Virus record (IMG/VR): IMGVR_UViG_3300045988_180880
Coordinates: 224,001-288,000 of that record
DNA length: 64,000 bases
Direction: 5' to 3' (one strand)
Source: a virus
Every line of letters begins with the position of its first letter. Position 1 is the first letter of the stretch. The position numbers and the translations under genes are program-made. The notes beneath the pieces were generated by a model. The model made no database searches. It was given only the letters and a program-made list of their open reading frames with translations, and was not told where the DNA came from. Positions 44,332 to 55,507 of this stretch are shown piece by piece.

Positions 44332-47136
44332 TTATTTTATTGTAATATTTGTAACTCCTGAATCATTTAATTCAAGTCTACAAGTTTTATTATTAAATGA
44401 AGTAATAGATTCCATATGACTAGAAATCATAATACATCCAATATTCATACTACTAATCATATCTATACAATTATCATGATTTTCTGGATCTAAGTGCTTC
44501 AAAAATTCATCCATAATAAGCAGTCCCATTCTAGTTACTATCTTACTAAGAAAGTTGATATCTAAAACTGTTTGTTGACCTGAACTACATGCATCATAAG
44601 AGACATAATTTCCATTATTATTAAACCTACTAGTAAGGTCAAGATGATCCTTCTTTCTGAAATTATATGTATCTACTGAATATTTAACTTGATTATCTGT
44701 AAACTGTTCAGCGAGTCTTGTCATAATTTCTTCATAAATCTTTCCTGTAGGTCCTGTAAGCTTAATATACTCCTTAAGATCTACTAAAGCATTCTGAATT
44801 AATCCTAACTCAGATTGTGCCTTTAAAATATTTGCTTCTTCTACAGCCCTATCTTGGATTAATCTTTCATGATCCGTCCAAGCTTTTATTCCAGAATCGA
44901 TCGAACTCATGATTTCCATAAAGTTATCAGGAAGTTCTACTTTTTCTGGTGTTCCTAAGTTATTTAATTGAGTCTTATAATTTTCTAAGAGAACTTCTGT
45001 ATTTTCTATATCTTTAGCTGTCTTAGTAATTTTTTGTTTCTCAGACATCAACATAAATATTTGATTCCCCAAGGTCTTAACTTTTTCAGAGGCAATTGAA
45101 ATTAATGAATCAGCCTGTTGTTTTTTCCCAGACATTCCTCTAAGTTCATCGCCGATTTTTATAGCCTCGGATCTAAGTTCTTCAAGTTTTCCTAGGATTT
45201 CTTGTTTATGACGGTCTAGAGATTCTGTATTTTTCAAAGCCTGACCACAACTAGGACACACTTTACTTTTTTCGAGGCGTTCTAATTCGGCGGTTGTTTT
45301 CTTTCCTTCTGCACATACCTGATTATATCTATCCAACTTTAAAGAATATTCAGATTCTATTGTTCGAAGTTGTGATATTTCTTGATTTTCATTATCTACT
45401 TCGGCCTGAAGATATGCAATTTCTGAATCTATTTCTTGAAGATGTCTGTAAGTAGATTGTTCTTTAATTAATCTCTCCAAAGTTTCAACATAAAGAGAAA
45501 CTTGTGCTTGAAGTTTTCCAGAATCAGCTAAGTAACTCATCCATTCTTTATTTTTTCTTTGTAATTCTAAGCCTTCCGATCTTAGTTGAGTGAGTTCTGT
45601 TTTTGTTTGTCCTGGAAGTTGAATATTAGAAAGATTAGTATCTATATATCTTAAGATTTCTTCTGACTTTTTAATTGCTTCATTCCATACACTTGAGGAT
45701 TTAGTAACTTGATCTAAAAGAATTCCAGCTTCTTTATTATAAGCATCAATTCTATCCATTTTATAGAACTTACTAATTATCTCTGACTTTCTTTCAGGGG
45801 TAATATTTCCAATTAATTTATGATGGTCTGAATCAAATAAGAAAATATCCATATATCCAATAAATGGAAATCTACGATACATATCTTCTTCGAATTCTTT
45901 CTTATTATTATACTTAAGAGGTTCATCATCAATCCAGCATCCATATTTTTTATTACCTCTCTGAATCTTACACTTCTTTCCTTGATACATAAATTCTACT
46001 GCTAAGATACACTCTTTTTCTCCGAACTGTAAATAATCCTTAATATTTCTACACTCTAAGAAAGCATATTTAAGAGCACTAAGCAAAGAACTTTTTCCAG
46101 AACCATTTTTTCCAGTTATCAAGATCTTATCACCATCCTCAAAGTAAATATCAGCTTCGTCTATACTTCTCCAATTTTTACAATATAATCTAAGAAGAGT
46201 AAATCCAAAATCAACTTCTTCAGAATCTACATCTTTAAGATTTCGAAGAACTTCAGAATGAATTCCTTGAAGATTGTTTTCTATTATAATATTATCAATC
46301 AAGTTTCCAATTTCTTCCCATGCTGGAATTTTAATATCTCTTACTCCTCCAGCAATACTTAAGTTTTCCGGTTTATATACACTCCAAGTTCCAGTTCCTT
46401 GATTCCAGCCTTCATCTTCTCTGATAGGTGTATAAACGAATTTCATAAGGTTATCATCTGGATTTAGATCTACCCATTTAAATTGTTTAGTTACACAATC
46501 ATATACAACTCCAGTCGATTTATCATAGTCAGACATTTTACATTTCTGTGGAATACCTATACTAACATATTTTCCAATCTGAGCTGGTCTATGAATATCA
46601 CCACAAATAGCTAATCCAAATTTAGACTCATCCAAAACTTGGGATTGTATTTTATCTGATCCACCATAATTAATAGTAGCATGTGTAAATAAAACATCTA
46701 CTTGTCCTGAAATCCATGAAAGATCAAATTCAGGTCTCCAGTTACTAAATGCTATTCTAGAATTATCAATTACTAACTCTTTCTGATCAGCATAATATAG
46801 ATTAGGGGGTAACATTACAGCAAGACATGAATCAATAAGTTCAGAATCTACTGACTTATTATCTTGATCATGATTCCCCCAAATTATATATCCCTCTTTA
46901 AAGAAACTCATTAAAGTATCAAGGAATAATTTAACTTCTGCTTGAACATAGGGTCGGAGAACTGATTTTTCGATAACATCTCCTGCGATCACAACTCTTT
47001 CAGCTCCTTCAATTGTAGCAGCTTTTATAATATTTTGTGCTACTGTTCTTGCTTGAGTTAAACGTTGTTTATCGTAGGAATTTCTTTGTGGATAATCAAA
47101 AATATGAATATCCGAAATTGCTAATATTTTACTCAT
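44332..47136 (-). CDS. fused Mre11/SbcD-type nuclease and Rad50/SbcC-type ATPase (T4 gp47 plus gp46 equivalents in one ORF)
   Basis: Nuclease motifs are SDIHIFD, AGDVIE, GNHD and GDIHRP. Rad50 Walker A GKNGSGKSS, coiled coil with a CPSCGQ zinc hook, signature SSGQQT and Walker B LLIMDEF. Confidence 0.8.
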   Translation of the reverse strand: MSKILAISDIHIFDYPQRNSYDKQRLTQARTVAQNIIKAATIEGAERVVIAGDVIEKSVLRPYVQAEVKLFLDTLMSFFKEGYIIWGNHDQDNKSVDSELIDSCLAVMLPPNLYYADQKELVIDNSRIAFSNWRPEFDLSWISGQVDVLFTHATINYGGSDKIQSQVLDESKFGLAICGDIHRPAQIGKYVSIGIPQKCKMSDYDKSTGVVYDCVTKQFKWVDLNPDDNLMKFVYTPIREDEGWNQGTGTWSVYKPENLSIAGGVRDIKIPAWEEIGNLIDNIIIENNLQGIHSEVLRNLKDVDSEEVDFGFTLLRLYCKNWRSIDEADIYFEDGDKILITGKNGSGKSSLLSALKYAFLECRNIKDYLQFGEKECILAVEFMYQGKKCKIQRGNKKYGCWIDDEPLKYNNKKEFEEDMYRRFPFIGYMDIFLFDSDHHKLIGNITPERKSEIISKFYKMDRIDAYNKEAGILLDQVTKSSSVWNEAIKKSEEILRYIDTNLSNIQLPGQTKTELTQLRSEGLELQRKNKEWMSYLADSGKLQAQVSLYVETLERLIKEQSTYRHLQEIDSEIAYLQAEVDNENQEISQLRTIESEYSLKLDRYNQVCAEGKKTTAELERLEKSKVCPSCGQALKNTESLDRHKQEILGKLEELRSEAIKIGDELRGMSGKKQQADSLISIASEKVKTLGNQIFMLMSEKQKITKTAKDIENTEVLLENYKTQLNNLGTPEKVELPDNFMEIMSSIDSGIKAWTDHERLIQDRAVEEANILKAQSELGLIQNALVDLKEYIKLTGPTGKIYEEIMTRLAEQFTDNQVKYSVDTYNFRKKDHLDLTSRFNNNGNYVSYDACSSGQQTVLDINFLSKIVTRMGLLIMDEFLKHLDPENHDNCIDMISSMNIGCIMISSHMESITSFNNKTCRLELNDSGVTNITIK

Positions 47137-47140
47137 CTCT

Positions 47141-47485
47141 TCAAAAATAATTAGTCATTATATATTCTACAACAAATTCACTATTTACATAAAACTGATA
47201 ACTCTTATAACAACCATATTGGTAAATAATATCCCAATAGTCATTATTAATCTTATAACCAATAAAACTTTGAATATTAAATCTATTTTCAAATAATGTT
47301 GCTTTGAGTTCATCAGATTCTGAACTATGACACTTGATATCAATCGAAATAACTAAGTGATTTTTTAATCTAGTAAATGTAATATTAGATGGTAACTTAA
47401 ATGAACCAGTATATTTTGCTAATATTACTTCTGTATCTCTACTATCTACTCTAATTAAACTATAATGAGGTTTTAATTCTATCAT
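47141..47485 (-). CDS. hypothetical protein
   Basis: 114-aa ORF. Confidence 0.55.
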   Translation of the reverse strand: MIELKPHYSLIRVDSRDTEVILAKYTGSFKLPSNITFTRLKNHLVISIDIKCHSSESDELKATLFENRFNIQSFIGYKINNDYWDIIYQYGCYKSYQFYVNSEFVVEYIMTNYF

Positions 47486-47490
47486 TAATT

Positions 47491-48024
47491 TTATATAGTT
47501 TTCATTATATTTTGGTAATTATTCACTAGATACTGTAAAGCTGCCATAGAGTGTTTACAAAGTAGAGTTGTTGGCGTTTTATCTTTGGGCGCTTGAGTTA
47601 ATGCTGGACCGAGTTTTATTTTTATACGATCCGACAAAAACAGCGTATTATTCTTGCCCAAAAGATACGCCGATCTAAATTGAAAATCTTTACACTCACA
47701 ATAAACTTTACATTTCGAATTCTTCCATCCACGTATATCATAGTCAGGGGAAGTTTGAATTATGACGTTATAAGTACTACCTGTTTTAGACGTTACTTCA
47801 AATTTAAAAACTAAGTAATAAATCTTAAGTACAGTCTTCCCAAAAAATACAGATCTTAGTTTATCCATGATCGACTCTTCTTTGAGAACATGATATACTT
47901 TTGTCAATCTCACTACACATTCAGAAGCTCTATCTTTTCTTCCTTCATCAATGTTCATAATTTCTTGGATTGAGAGTTGTTTTCCAGTCAATTTTCCAAG
48001 AATTCCTCCTAATAATCCTGCCAT
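47491..48024 (-). CDS. SWIM-type zinc-finger protein
   Basis: CECKDFQFR ... LLCKHSMAAL follows the CxC...CxH pattern. Confidence 0.55.
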   Translation of the reverse strand: MAGLLGGILGKLTGKQLSIQEIMNIDEGRKDRASECVVRLTKVYHVLKEESIMDKLRSVFFGKTVLKIYYLVFKFEVTSKTGSTYNVIIQTSPDYDIRGWKNSKCKVYCECKDFQFRSAYLLGKNNTLFLSDRIKIKLGPALTQAPKDKTPTTLLCKHSMAALQYLVNNYQNIMKTI

Positions 48025-48035
48025 AATTCCTTCTT

Positions 48036-48281
48036 TTAACTTATTGTATTAGGATCTGTCACTGGAGAAATTTTACCATTAAGAGTTAAGATTGAACCTG
48101 TATCTTTGAGTAATATTCCTCCAAAAACCGGCTCCCCTGAACTATCTCCAAGGTAACTATAGACCGGTTCTGCTTGTGATGATGTTAAAACTTGACCTTC
48201 CTTAAATATTCGGCCAGTTCTTTCATCATAACTATATTTTATTCCGCGTAGGGTTACAATATCTTTCATTTTTTTACTCAC
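48036..48281 (-). CDS. hypothetical protein
   Basis: 81-aa ORF. Confidence 0.5.
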   Translation of the reverse strand: MSKKMKDIVTLRGIKYSYDERTGRIFKEGQVLTSSQAEPVYSYLGDSSGEPVFGGILLKDTGSILTLNGKISPVTDPNTIS

Positions 48282-49287
48282 AATATAATTTTTGATCTAA
48301 TCTTCCAATGAACTCTGAATAATAACTATCTGAAATCCCTGGGATATTATAAGTTCTACAAAACATTCTAAATTCAGAAACATCTCCAAGGGAACCACAT
48401 ACTGGAAGGTAGTTGTTAATCGTATCTCTAGCTTCATCAATCCCTGGGTAACTGAATATATCGAAAGTTTTATATTGTTTTTCAAAGAGTTCTAGGTCTG
48501 TTAAGTTCTCGTAGTTTCCTGATAAAACCTCTAAAATTACTTTTTCAGATTTCATTCTAGGTTTTACAGTTTTTCTTAGGTCATTATGTCCATACCCTAG
48601 ACTATCTTTAAGGCTGAGATATTGATATAATCCGATTCCAGCATTTCTAATTGATTCTGGAATTGAATAATACATCTCATCATAAGTTATTATTCTAGGT
48701 TCTTCATTTTTTCCTGGGAGACGAAATAATTGAGTAGCTGGTGATAAACAATACATCCAATCCGAGTCTTTAGTAACAAAAAGACTAGGGAGATCTGTTT
48801 TTCCATAGAGCTCACAACTTAATAGATAAGCCCAATTGTCAGCTTCCCAGCCACTTCTCCCAAGCATCCCGATTCCAAATCTAGGTAACTCAGAGATCAT
48901 TGTATATTTAGCTGTCTGTTTTACTTGATTTTGATATAATTCCCATGCAGCTTTCTTTAGGTCGTCGGGAGAAACGGCCGGATCATTTTTCATACCCTCA
49001 AAAATCGTTTCATCCATATAATGCCTTGTGTCTTTATATTGTCCCCCTAAAAGATAAGATGTATAATAACCTCCTATAGATTCATCCCACTTATCATAAA
49101 CTAGAATCACTTTCCTAGCACTAATACCATAATCCCTAAGAACTTTATTGATCGTCCATATACAGGTTCTGATTAATTCCCCGGCCGTATATTCTCCGAT
49201 GTCTTTTCCTTTACTTATCACGAAGAGGGACCTTGTCAAAATTAGTGAAAAATCTAGGAAACAGTAGAAATATTGTTTATTATTCAT
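48274..49287 (-). CDS. T4 RNase H-like 5'-3' exonuclease / flap endonuclease
   Basis: CFLDFSLI, KVILVYDK, GWEADNWAYLL and VTKDSDWMY parallel the acidic clusters of T4 RNase H as I recall them. ATG at 49287 (the listed start is a TTG). Confidence 0.6.
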   Translation of the reverse strand: MNNKQYFYCFLDFSLILTRSLFVISKGKDIGEYTAGELIRTCIWTINKVLRDYGISARKVILVYDKWDESIGGYYTSYLLGGQYKDTRHYMDETIFEGMKNDPAVSPDDLKKAAWELYQNQVKQTAKYTMISELPRFGIGMLGRSGWEADNWAYLLSCELYGKTDLPSLFVTKDSDWMYCLSPATQLFRLPGKNEEPRIITYDEMYYSIPESIRNAGIGLYQYLSLKDSLGYGHNDLRKTVKPRMKSEKVILEVLSGNYENLTDLELFEKQYKTFDIFSYPGIDEARDTINNYLPVCGSLGDVSEFRMFCRTYNIPGISDSYYSEFIGRLDQKLYCE

Positions 49288-49388
49288 TATTATTATTTCC
49301 AACTTTAAACAAATAAAGGTAGAGGAAATCTGTTAAAATCTCTTCTACCTTTTAGTTTTATTATTTTATATTATTCCTTTTCAGATCA

Positions 49389-50690
49389 TTAAAAAGGTAA
49401 ATCATCTCCACCATTATTACCTCCGAAATTTGGTTTCTGGAAAGGTGCTTGTTGATTACCTTGTCCAAATCCTCCCCACTGTGGCTGTTGTCCACCACCG
49501 AATGGAGATCCTCCACCATTACCTGGATTTACAGGGCTGGCTGTTACGGGATCACTATGATACACGGGAGGAGTCTGAAAAACCTGATCGTTTTTACTCA
49601 GATCAACTTGAGGTGCAGAATTTCCACCTCCAGACAGAGAAGCTAACATCGGATCATTTGTCTGACGAAAACCACTTTTATCTGTCGGAACCTGTTTTGC
49701 AAGAACTTCATTATTAACTCTTGTAACAGCTTCTTTAAAATCTACACTTCCCTGAGATTTAGCGAGTCTGATGCTTGCTAAAATTTCTGACATATATTCA
49801 ATAGACTCTTTAATCAAGGTCGCATTGAATAAACGTTTCTGACCAACAGGAGTATCGTTATCTCTATTAGCCTGCCAAGACATAAATGATTGCAATGGAT
49901 CTGCAGCCAATTCCATATCTTCTTCTGAAATCTGAATTGACTTAAAGTTCTCATTACCAACTTCATGTGTGGCAGTAATAGCAAATCCGGCTGCTCCGTC
50001 TTTCTTCTTTCCGATACTAAACATCAAGAATCCAGAACGTCCTGTAGCATCACGATTATAAACTTCTGAAATCCAGCTATTATCTCCACCTTTCATCAAA
50101 GATTTTTCTTGAATATTATCTTCAACTACTGATGTAAACATTTTAGCTGTCGCAACGAACAATGCCGTAAAATTCTGACGACTAGGGTTACGATTTTCAT
50201 TCGGATCCCATTTATTAAGACAGAATGCATGGAAGATAGTATAATTCTTCAACCGGACTAAGTTTGTTGTTAATTCGTCGCGGTTATTCTTTGCATCCAG
50301 TTCTCGATAAAGTTCATCAAAGATCATATGCGCTTGTGATAATAATTCATCATCTGCGGCGGTCAATGAAGAAACTAATCTACCTGTCATATCTTTCATT
50401 ACATAAGCACTTTTCGGTAGGAGCTTAATCCACGCATTATAAGTGTTTTCAGTTCCATCCGCCGCCATGTTTTTACGAGGGATATTAATTTCACGAGTTC
50501 CGAATAAAGTAACAAACGGAAAGTCAGTTACTACACTATCCAACGGAAATACTTGATATCTACCAAAATTTCCTGGAAAGTTAAGATAAATTTTTTCTAA
50601 TGATCTGTTTTTCTGCTCAAAATTGTTTTCTTTTGCTTTTGGTGCTTGCGCTGCCAATTTACTCAAAAAATCATCTACTCGATTTCCCAT
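49389..50690 (-). CDS. single-stranded DNA-binding protein
   Basis: Gly/Gln/Pro-rich linker ending in the SSB-type acidic tip GGDDLPF. Sits in the replication/recombination neighbourhood. Confidence 0.6.
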   Translation of the reverse strand: MGNRVDDFLSKLAAQAPKAKENNFEQKNRSLEKIYLNFPGNFGRYQVFPLDSVVTDFPFVTLFGTREINIPRKNMAADGTENTYNAWIKLLPKSAYVMKDMTGRLVSSLTAADDELLSQAHMIFDELYRELDAKNNRDELTTNLVRLKNYTIFHAFCLNKWDPNENRNPSRQNFTALFVATAKMFTSVVEDNIQEKSLMKGGDNSWISEVYNRDATGRSGFLMFSIGKKKDGAAGFAITATHEVGNENFKSIQISEEDMELAADPLQSFMSWQANRDNDTPVGQKRLFNATLIKESIEYMSEILASIRLAKSQGSVDFKEAVTRVNNEVLAKQVPTDKSGFRQTNDPMLASLSGGGNSAPQVDLSKNDQVFQTPPVYHSDPVTASPVNPGNGGGSPFGGGQQPQWGGFGQGNQQAPFQKPNFGGNNGGDDLPF

Positions 50691-50893
50691 AATTTAAATA
50701 AAATAATAAATTAAAAATAAATGTTAGTTAAAATATAATATAAAATTTGTATATAATTCCGCGCAACACAATAATACGCGGATCTTTTTTTGAGATTATT
50801 TTATTCCTCTCACATCTATAAGATTCTTAGTGTTTCTGAGAGGAGTATTTTTACTTTCAATTATAAGAACCTCAAGGGGATGGAAGTACCTTT

Positions 50894-51493
50894 TTATTGA
50901 TTAGAAAGAAAATATTCACATAATTTCTCTACCTCATCACTATCACCTAAATTCCAAGACTCTTCAGAATAACATAACAATTGATCTATATTTTCGATAA
51001 TCTCTGTTACTTGTTCATATCCATCTTTATCAATGAAATAACAAAAATAATCTAAATGTAATGACCTGAAAGTACAATCTATTGAATCTGGATTGTGAAG
51101 TCTATTACTATCATTTAGAGCTTTTAACCAATTAATTTGAAAATATTTCTGATTTCTGAAAAAATAGTTTTTAAGTTTTTGTTTTGGATAGCCATAAACA
51201 GGAAAGTCTCCAATAAAATTCATAAAATTTTTTAAACTATCAATTCTACCTGTTCTTGAAATCCAATAAAAAATATTTTCAACACCAATTAATACTTTTC
51301 TATAGAGATCTAGGTCTGATAAAGTAAATAAGTAAATGGAATCATAAAGATTTGATATATGAAAGTTTTTAGAAGATAATACTTTTCTTACACTTTCACT
51401 CATTCGATCTAAAAATAATACATATATTTTCTTTTCTTTAATTATTACTTCAACTAAATAATCTTCTGTACTCTCTTGATAAACTATTTTCAT
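50894..51493 (-). CDS. hypothetical protein
   Basis: 199-aa ORF. Confidence 0.55.
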   Translation of the reverse strand: MKIVYQESTEDYLVEVIIKEKKIYVLFLDRMSESVRKVLSSKNFHISNLYDSIYLFTLSDLDLYRKVLIGVENIFYWISRTGRIDSLKNFMNFIGDFPVYGYPKQKLKNYFFRNQKYFQINWLKALNDSNRLHNPDSIDCTFRSLHLDYFCYFIDKDGYEQVTEIIENIDQLLCYSEESWNLGDSDEVEKLCEYFLSNQ

Positions 51494-51513
51494 TTTATTA
51501 TTATTTTATTTCA

Positions 51514-52212
51514 TTAATTAGAGTTTCGAATTGTATAATTATATTTACTATCTTTATTTGGCGTAATTCTTGTTATTTTGAATGTTTTAAGTTCTGAGGA
51601 TTTTCCACCTACTCTACTTAAATTTATAGCTCTTCCTTTCTTACCTATTCCTCTAATTACTTCTGCAACTCTATCTCCTGCAGCATCTTCTATTTTATCT
51701 CTTTGTTTCTTGAGATTATTTCCTAAACCGTAAACAGCTCCTATTCCAGCTCCAATTGCTGCATACTTTCCAACTTTTTTCACTGGTTTATATAATTTCT
51801 TTCCAGATTTAACTGTCTCGTTTAATTCCTCTAAGGGTTTATCTAAAAATTTCTTTTTATTATCTAGAAATTTTAAACCTATTTCCTTAGATTGATGTTC
51901 ATTTCTCTTAGTTTTCTCAATAAGATCTGATTTCTTTCCAGTAACTATATCTTTTACTGCCTGTTTAGCATTACTATATCTATGCTTCATTTTTAATTTA
52001 TCAGTATCTCGGTTACTTTTCTTTCGATATAATTTCTTTATAGAATCTTCTGTTACCTCTTTTTGAGGATTAAATGCTTTTTCATAGGATAATCTCCCAG
52101 AACCTGCTATCAAAGCACCCATTCCTGCTCCAACGGTTACATCAGAAGTTATATCAGATTTGCTTCTTTCTTGTTTTTCTTCTTTAGAAAATAATTTACG
52201 TCTTATGATCAT
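51514..52212 (-). CDS. Lys-rich glycine-zipper protein with shared N-terminal motif (MIIRRKLFS)
   Basis: GAGMGALIAGSG and AAIGAGIGAVYGLG segments. Its N-terminus belongs to the M-x-I-x-R-x-K-x-[YF]-S family. Confidence 0.6.
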   Translation of the reverse strand: MIIRRKLFSKEEKQERSKSDITSDVTVGAGMGALIAGSGRLSYEKAFNPQKEVTEDSIKKLYRKKSNRDTDKLKMKHRYSNAKQAVKDIVTGKKSDLIEKTKRNEHQSKEIGLKFLDNKKKFLDKPLEELNETVKSGKKLYKPVKKVGKYAAIGAGIGAVYGLGNNLKKQRDKIEDAAGDRVAEVIRGIGKKGRAINLSRVGGKSSELKTFKITRITPNKDSKYNYTIRNSN

Positions 52213-52733
52213 AATAAAATTCTATGTTTAATTTTTATATTTTCAAGTTCTTCTGTTTCAGGCCCATGTAAAAAGATATCCAACACTACACAATTACTTA
52301 TTTTATCTCCTAAAAGAGGATCCTTATAAATCATTGCACAGAGCTCTAAATCATTAAATAACTCATCATATCTTTTCCTATAGTTATCTAGATCTTTCAT
52401 AAGTTGTTCACCTCTTTTACTAGGATCTGAAACTAATTCCGTCATGATTATAGCATCATTTTTATCTCCCTTAATGAGATTCTTAAAATCTTCAATAATT
52501 TGATATTTTTCATATGAAGTAGAATATTTCTGAGTATCATGATTATCTGTAGAAATTAATTTTAAGAATTCATAATTACTTTCATTAAAATCTGATAAAT
52601 ACTCATTAAAGAATTTCTTTTCATATTTTGCCATCTCATTATTCCACTTTACTATCTCTGGATCTTTTCTTGATAAAGTATTCCGAGTAGCTTTAAAAAT
52701 AGCTGATTTAATTTTATCAAACATAATTAACAC
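52209..52733 (-). CDS. hypothetical protein
   Basis: 174-aa ORF. Confidence 0.55.
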   Translation of the reverse strand: MLIMFDKIKSAIFKATRNTLSRKDPEIVKWNNEMAKYEKKFFNEYLSDFNESNYEFLKLISTDNHDTQKYSTSYEKYQIIEDFKNLIKGDKNDAIIMTELVSDPSKRGEQLMKDLDNYRKRYDELFNDLELCAMIYKDPLLGDKISNCVVLDIFLHGPETEELENIKIKHRILL

Positions 52734-54766
52734 ACCTCCTTTCTACTTATTATATTATATATCTTTACCACCTTCTTAACCCCATCTATCTCTACTCTGG
52801 CTGAAGACTCCTTTACATTAAAGTAATTTTCTAAGTCTTTTGCCTTAGGTGTAGCATCGTAATTAATGGACTTATATAACACTTCAAGTCTAGATTTTAT
52901 ATCAGATAATGTTATTTTATCTCCTACTTTAAATTCTGAATATATATTAGACTCTAGAAGTTCTTGACTAAATGTTACTACTCCTAACTCCTTTTCTATA
53001 TACGTTTTATTATATCCAAGAGCTCTAAGCTTTTCGGGACCAAGTGCTAAGTAGTAAGATTTAATATTATCATGTTCTCCAATCTGATCTAATATTATAT
53101 TAGTCATAGTATCATTAAAACTACATTCACAAAGATACTTAAGTTTAGATTTAAATGTTCCAAACTTTTGATATTGCTCTAAAAATCTAGACACTTCTTG
53201 ATTAATAATATCATCTGGAGATAAAGTACTATATATAGTACTAAATACAGTAAATCTATCTTTATAATCTATTTGTTGTATTCTAAAAGCTCTAATCTCA
53301 TTTACTAATACTAAATTATTAAGTACAGGTATCAAAGTTCCACTCTGATGTTCGTTTACTGCTATATAATCATCTTTATAATTCTGTGTTCTAGCTAATG
53401 TTTGGTATCTTTCAGCTACAGTTAATCTTGCTTTTTCCGGAGTAGAATTATAAGAAAGAAGTAAATCATTAGTAGCTTTCTTTTTTCTTTCTATTTCTCT
53501 ATCAAACTCTTCTTGACTAACTTTTCTATAGTCACAAGTAGATCTGTAATAGAAAATGGCTTCATTCTTCCAAGGATTTTCAAAGAGTCTTTGTCTTCCG
53601 AGAATTTGAGGTAAATCTTCACTAATATCAACAGCTAAAGAGTCTATATTAGAATCCGAAAATATAAATGATCTAGCACAGGTAGAATAAAAATCTGCTC
53701 CTAGGTAAACAGTCCTCGTACAAAATGTAAACATTTTAGGTTTAACTCCTTTTAATGGTACCTCTCCGATAGTAAATCTCTTTCCTAACTTCTTTTGTAT
53801 TCTTTTTAAATTTTCGGGAGTATCAGAACAAAGAATATTTACCTCTTCTGGTTGGAGATCACACTTCTTTATAATAGATGTAATATGATTAACAGAGTTT
53901 ACGTAGAATACAGCTTCATCCGATATTACTCTAGTAGGATATCCATTAACCATTCTAATAGCACTTTCAAAATTACCAGATTTATAAGAGTCTATTATCT
54001 CAGGTAATTTAGTTCCTACTGATTTCATTGTTAATACCTTAAGAGAAGGTTTTAATACTCTAGTAGGATCTTGCGAAGCCCAATCCATATTAATATATGG
54101 TAAACCATCAAATTCATCTAACATATTTAAGTATTCCTCTAACATGGGTGTAGCACTAACAAATAGAGCTGAATGAGATTGCTTAAGAATATTTAAAAAT
54201 TCTAATTCTGTATTAGACTTAAACTTAGAATCATGTAGGATAGTTTGAAATTCATCTATTACAGTATAAAAGGATTGAAATATTCCTAAACTTTCTAGAA
54301 TATCTTTTACAATTCTATAAGAATCATATGTTACAAGAATTTTACAAGGTTTATCTCCCAGGTATTTTCTTTCATTTAGATAATCTTTTATTTCATTCAT
54401 TAGTCTATTATAAACTGTATCTTTTCCATGTACTACTTCTTTAAGAGTATCTATAAATACCTGAGATCTAGTTTTATCTACTTTATTTAAATCTTTATCA
54501 ACCGTTAGTTCCTTTTCTAATTCATTTACTACTAAATAAACATCTCTACCGTGTTGATCCTTTTTATTTTCTAATAACATCTTTCTTGGAGAACAGAGTA
54601 TTACATTCTCTGGTCCTCTAAGACAATATTCAGTAAATCCACATCCAGGTAATTGTTTGTTTATAATACACTTTACTGGGAATTTATAAAATCTAAAGTT
54701 TGTTCCTAATTCTGATATAAATCTTATTCCTCTAGGAACAATGTAATCATTTAATTTTTTTATCAT
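52727..54766 (-). CDS. SF2-helicase-like protein, paralogue 2
   Basis: Same motif set as 13100..15124 (LPGCGFTE, IDEFQ, SATP, QILGRQRL). Runs of more than 60 identical residues. About 90 percent nt identity by eye over roughly 130 nt near the 3' end. Confidence 0.6.
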   Translation of the reverse strand: MIKKLNDYIVPRGIRFISELGTNFRFYKFPVKCIINKQLPGCGFTEYCLRGPENVILCSPRKMLLENKKDQHGRDVYLVVNELEKELTVDKDLNKVDKTRSQVFIDTLKEVVHGKDTVYNRLMNEIKDYLNERKYLGDKPCKILVTYDSYRIVKDILESLGIFQSFYTVIDEFQTILHDSKFKSNTELEFLNILKQSHSALFVSATPMLEEYLNMLDEFDGLPYINMDWASQDPTRVLKPSLKVLTMKSVGTKLPEIIDSYKSGNFESAIRMVNGYPTRVISDEAVFYVNSVNHITSIIKKCDLQPEEVNILCSDTPENLKRIQKKLGKRFTIGEVPLKGVKPKMFTFCTRTVYLGADFYSTCARSFIFSDSNIDSLAVDISEDLPQILGRQRLFENPWKNEAIFYYRSTCDYRKVSQEEFDREIERKKKATNDLLLSYNSTPEKARLTVAERYQTLARTQNYKDDYIAVNEHQSGTLIPVLNNLVLVNEIRAFRIQQIDYKDRFTVFSTIYSTLSPDDIINQEVSRFLEQYQKFGTFKSKLKYLCECSFNDTMTNIILDQIGEHDNIKSYYLALGPEKLRALGYNKTYIEKELGVVTFSQELLESNIYSEFKVGDKITLSDIKSRLEVLYKSINYDATPKAKDLENYFNVKESSARVEIDGVKKVVKIYNIISRKEVC

Positions 54767-55507
54767 ATTAATTATATTTTAATTTTTTTATTATCTAATT
54801 ATTATAAATTCTTTTAATACAGAATCCAGTTACATAAAAGTGAAGACATAGGAGTCTCCCTTTTTCATTAATTAGAGTTTGAAGTTATTAGAAGAGCAAA
54901 ATGTAGATTTAAATTCAGATCAATTTGGGAAATAGTAATATAATATAATATATAATAAAAAAGTATACATTTAGTATTTAGATTAGATTCGCCTCCTTGG
55001 AGAGGCGAAAATCAATAATATAAAATCTTTATAAATATCTTCATTTTCTGAGTTTATTTTCTATATATCTTATTCAATGTTTCTTTTCTAAGACACCCCT
55101 AGCGGTAGCGATAAGGGGTGTAATATAAGGGAAGCTCCTGTGTCTTCATAAATAAGTTACCGAATTTTTATCAATTTTGAAGATAAAAAATAAAAGTGGG
55201 TTATTTTGGCTCATTTTAGGGTAAAAAGTAGTAAAAAACATCAAAAATAACCCACCTTTTGAGGGTTAAATTTAATATAAGCCTTATACATGAAATATAA
55301 GGAGAATCTGTGTCCTTCCCTCCTTTCCAAACGTGGTAATTTTGTTTTTCATATCCATATATTACTAATAGCGATTAGTTTTCTACTAAGTAAGTTCTTT
55401 TTCATAGTTGTTAATAATTTGTTTATTTCTCACATATAAATGGACACAGATTCTTCCTTTTATACTAAGAAATCGATATTATATTTTTTAAGATAATAAT
55501 TGTTTTC

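Noticed and set aside
49430-49717. Listed + strand ORFs inside the SSB gene.
   Set aside because: They are antisense to the Gly/Gln/Pro-rich linker of the SSB and are an artefact of the locally GC-richer repeat.
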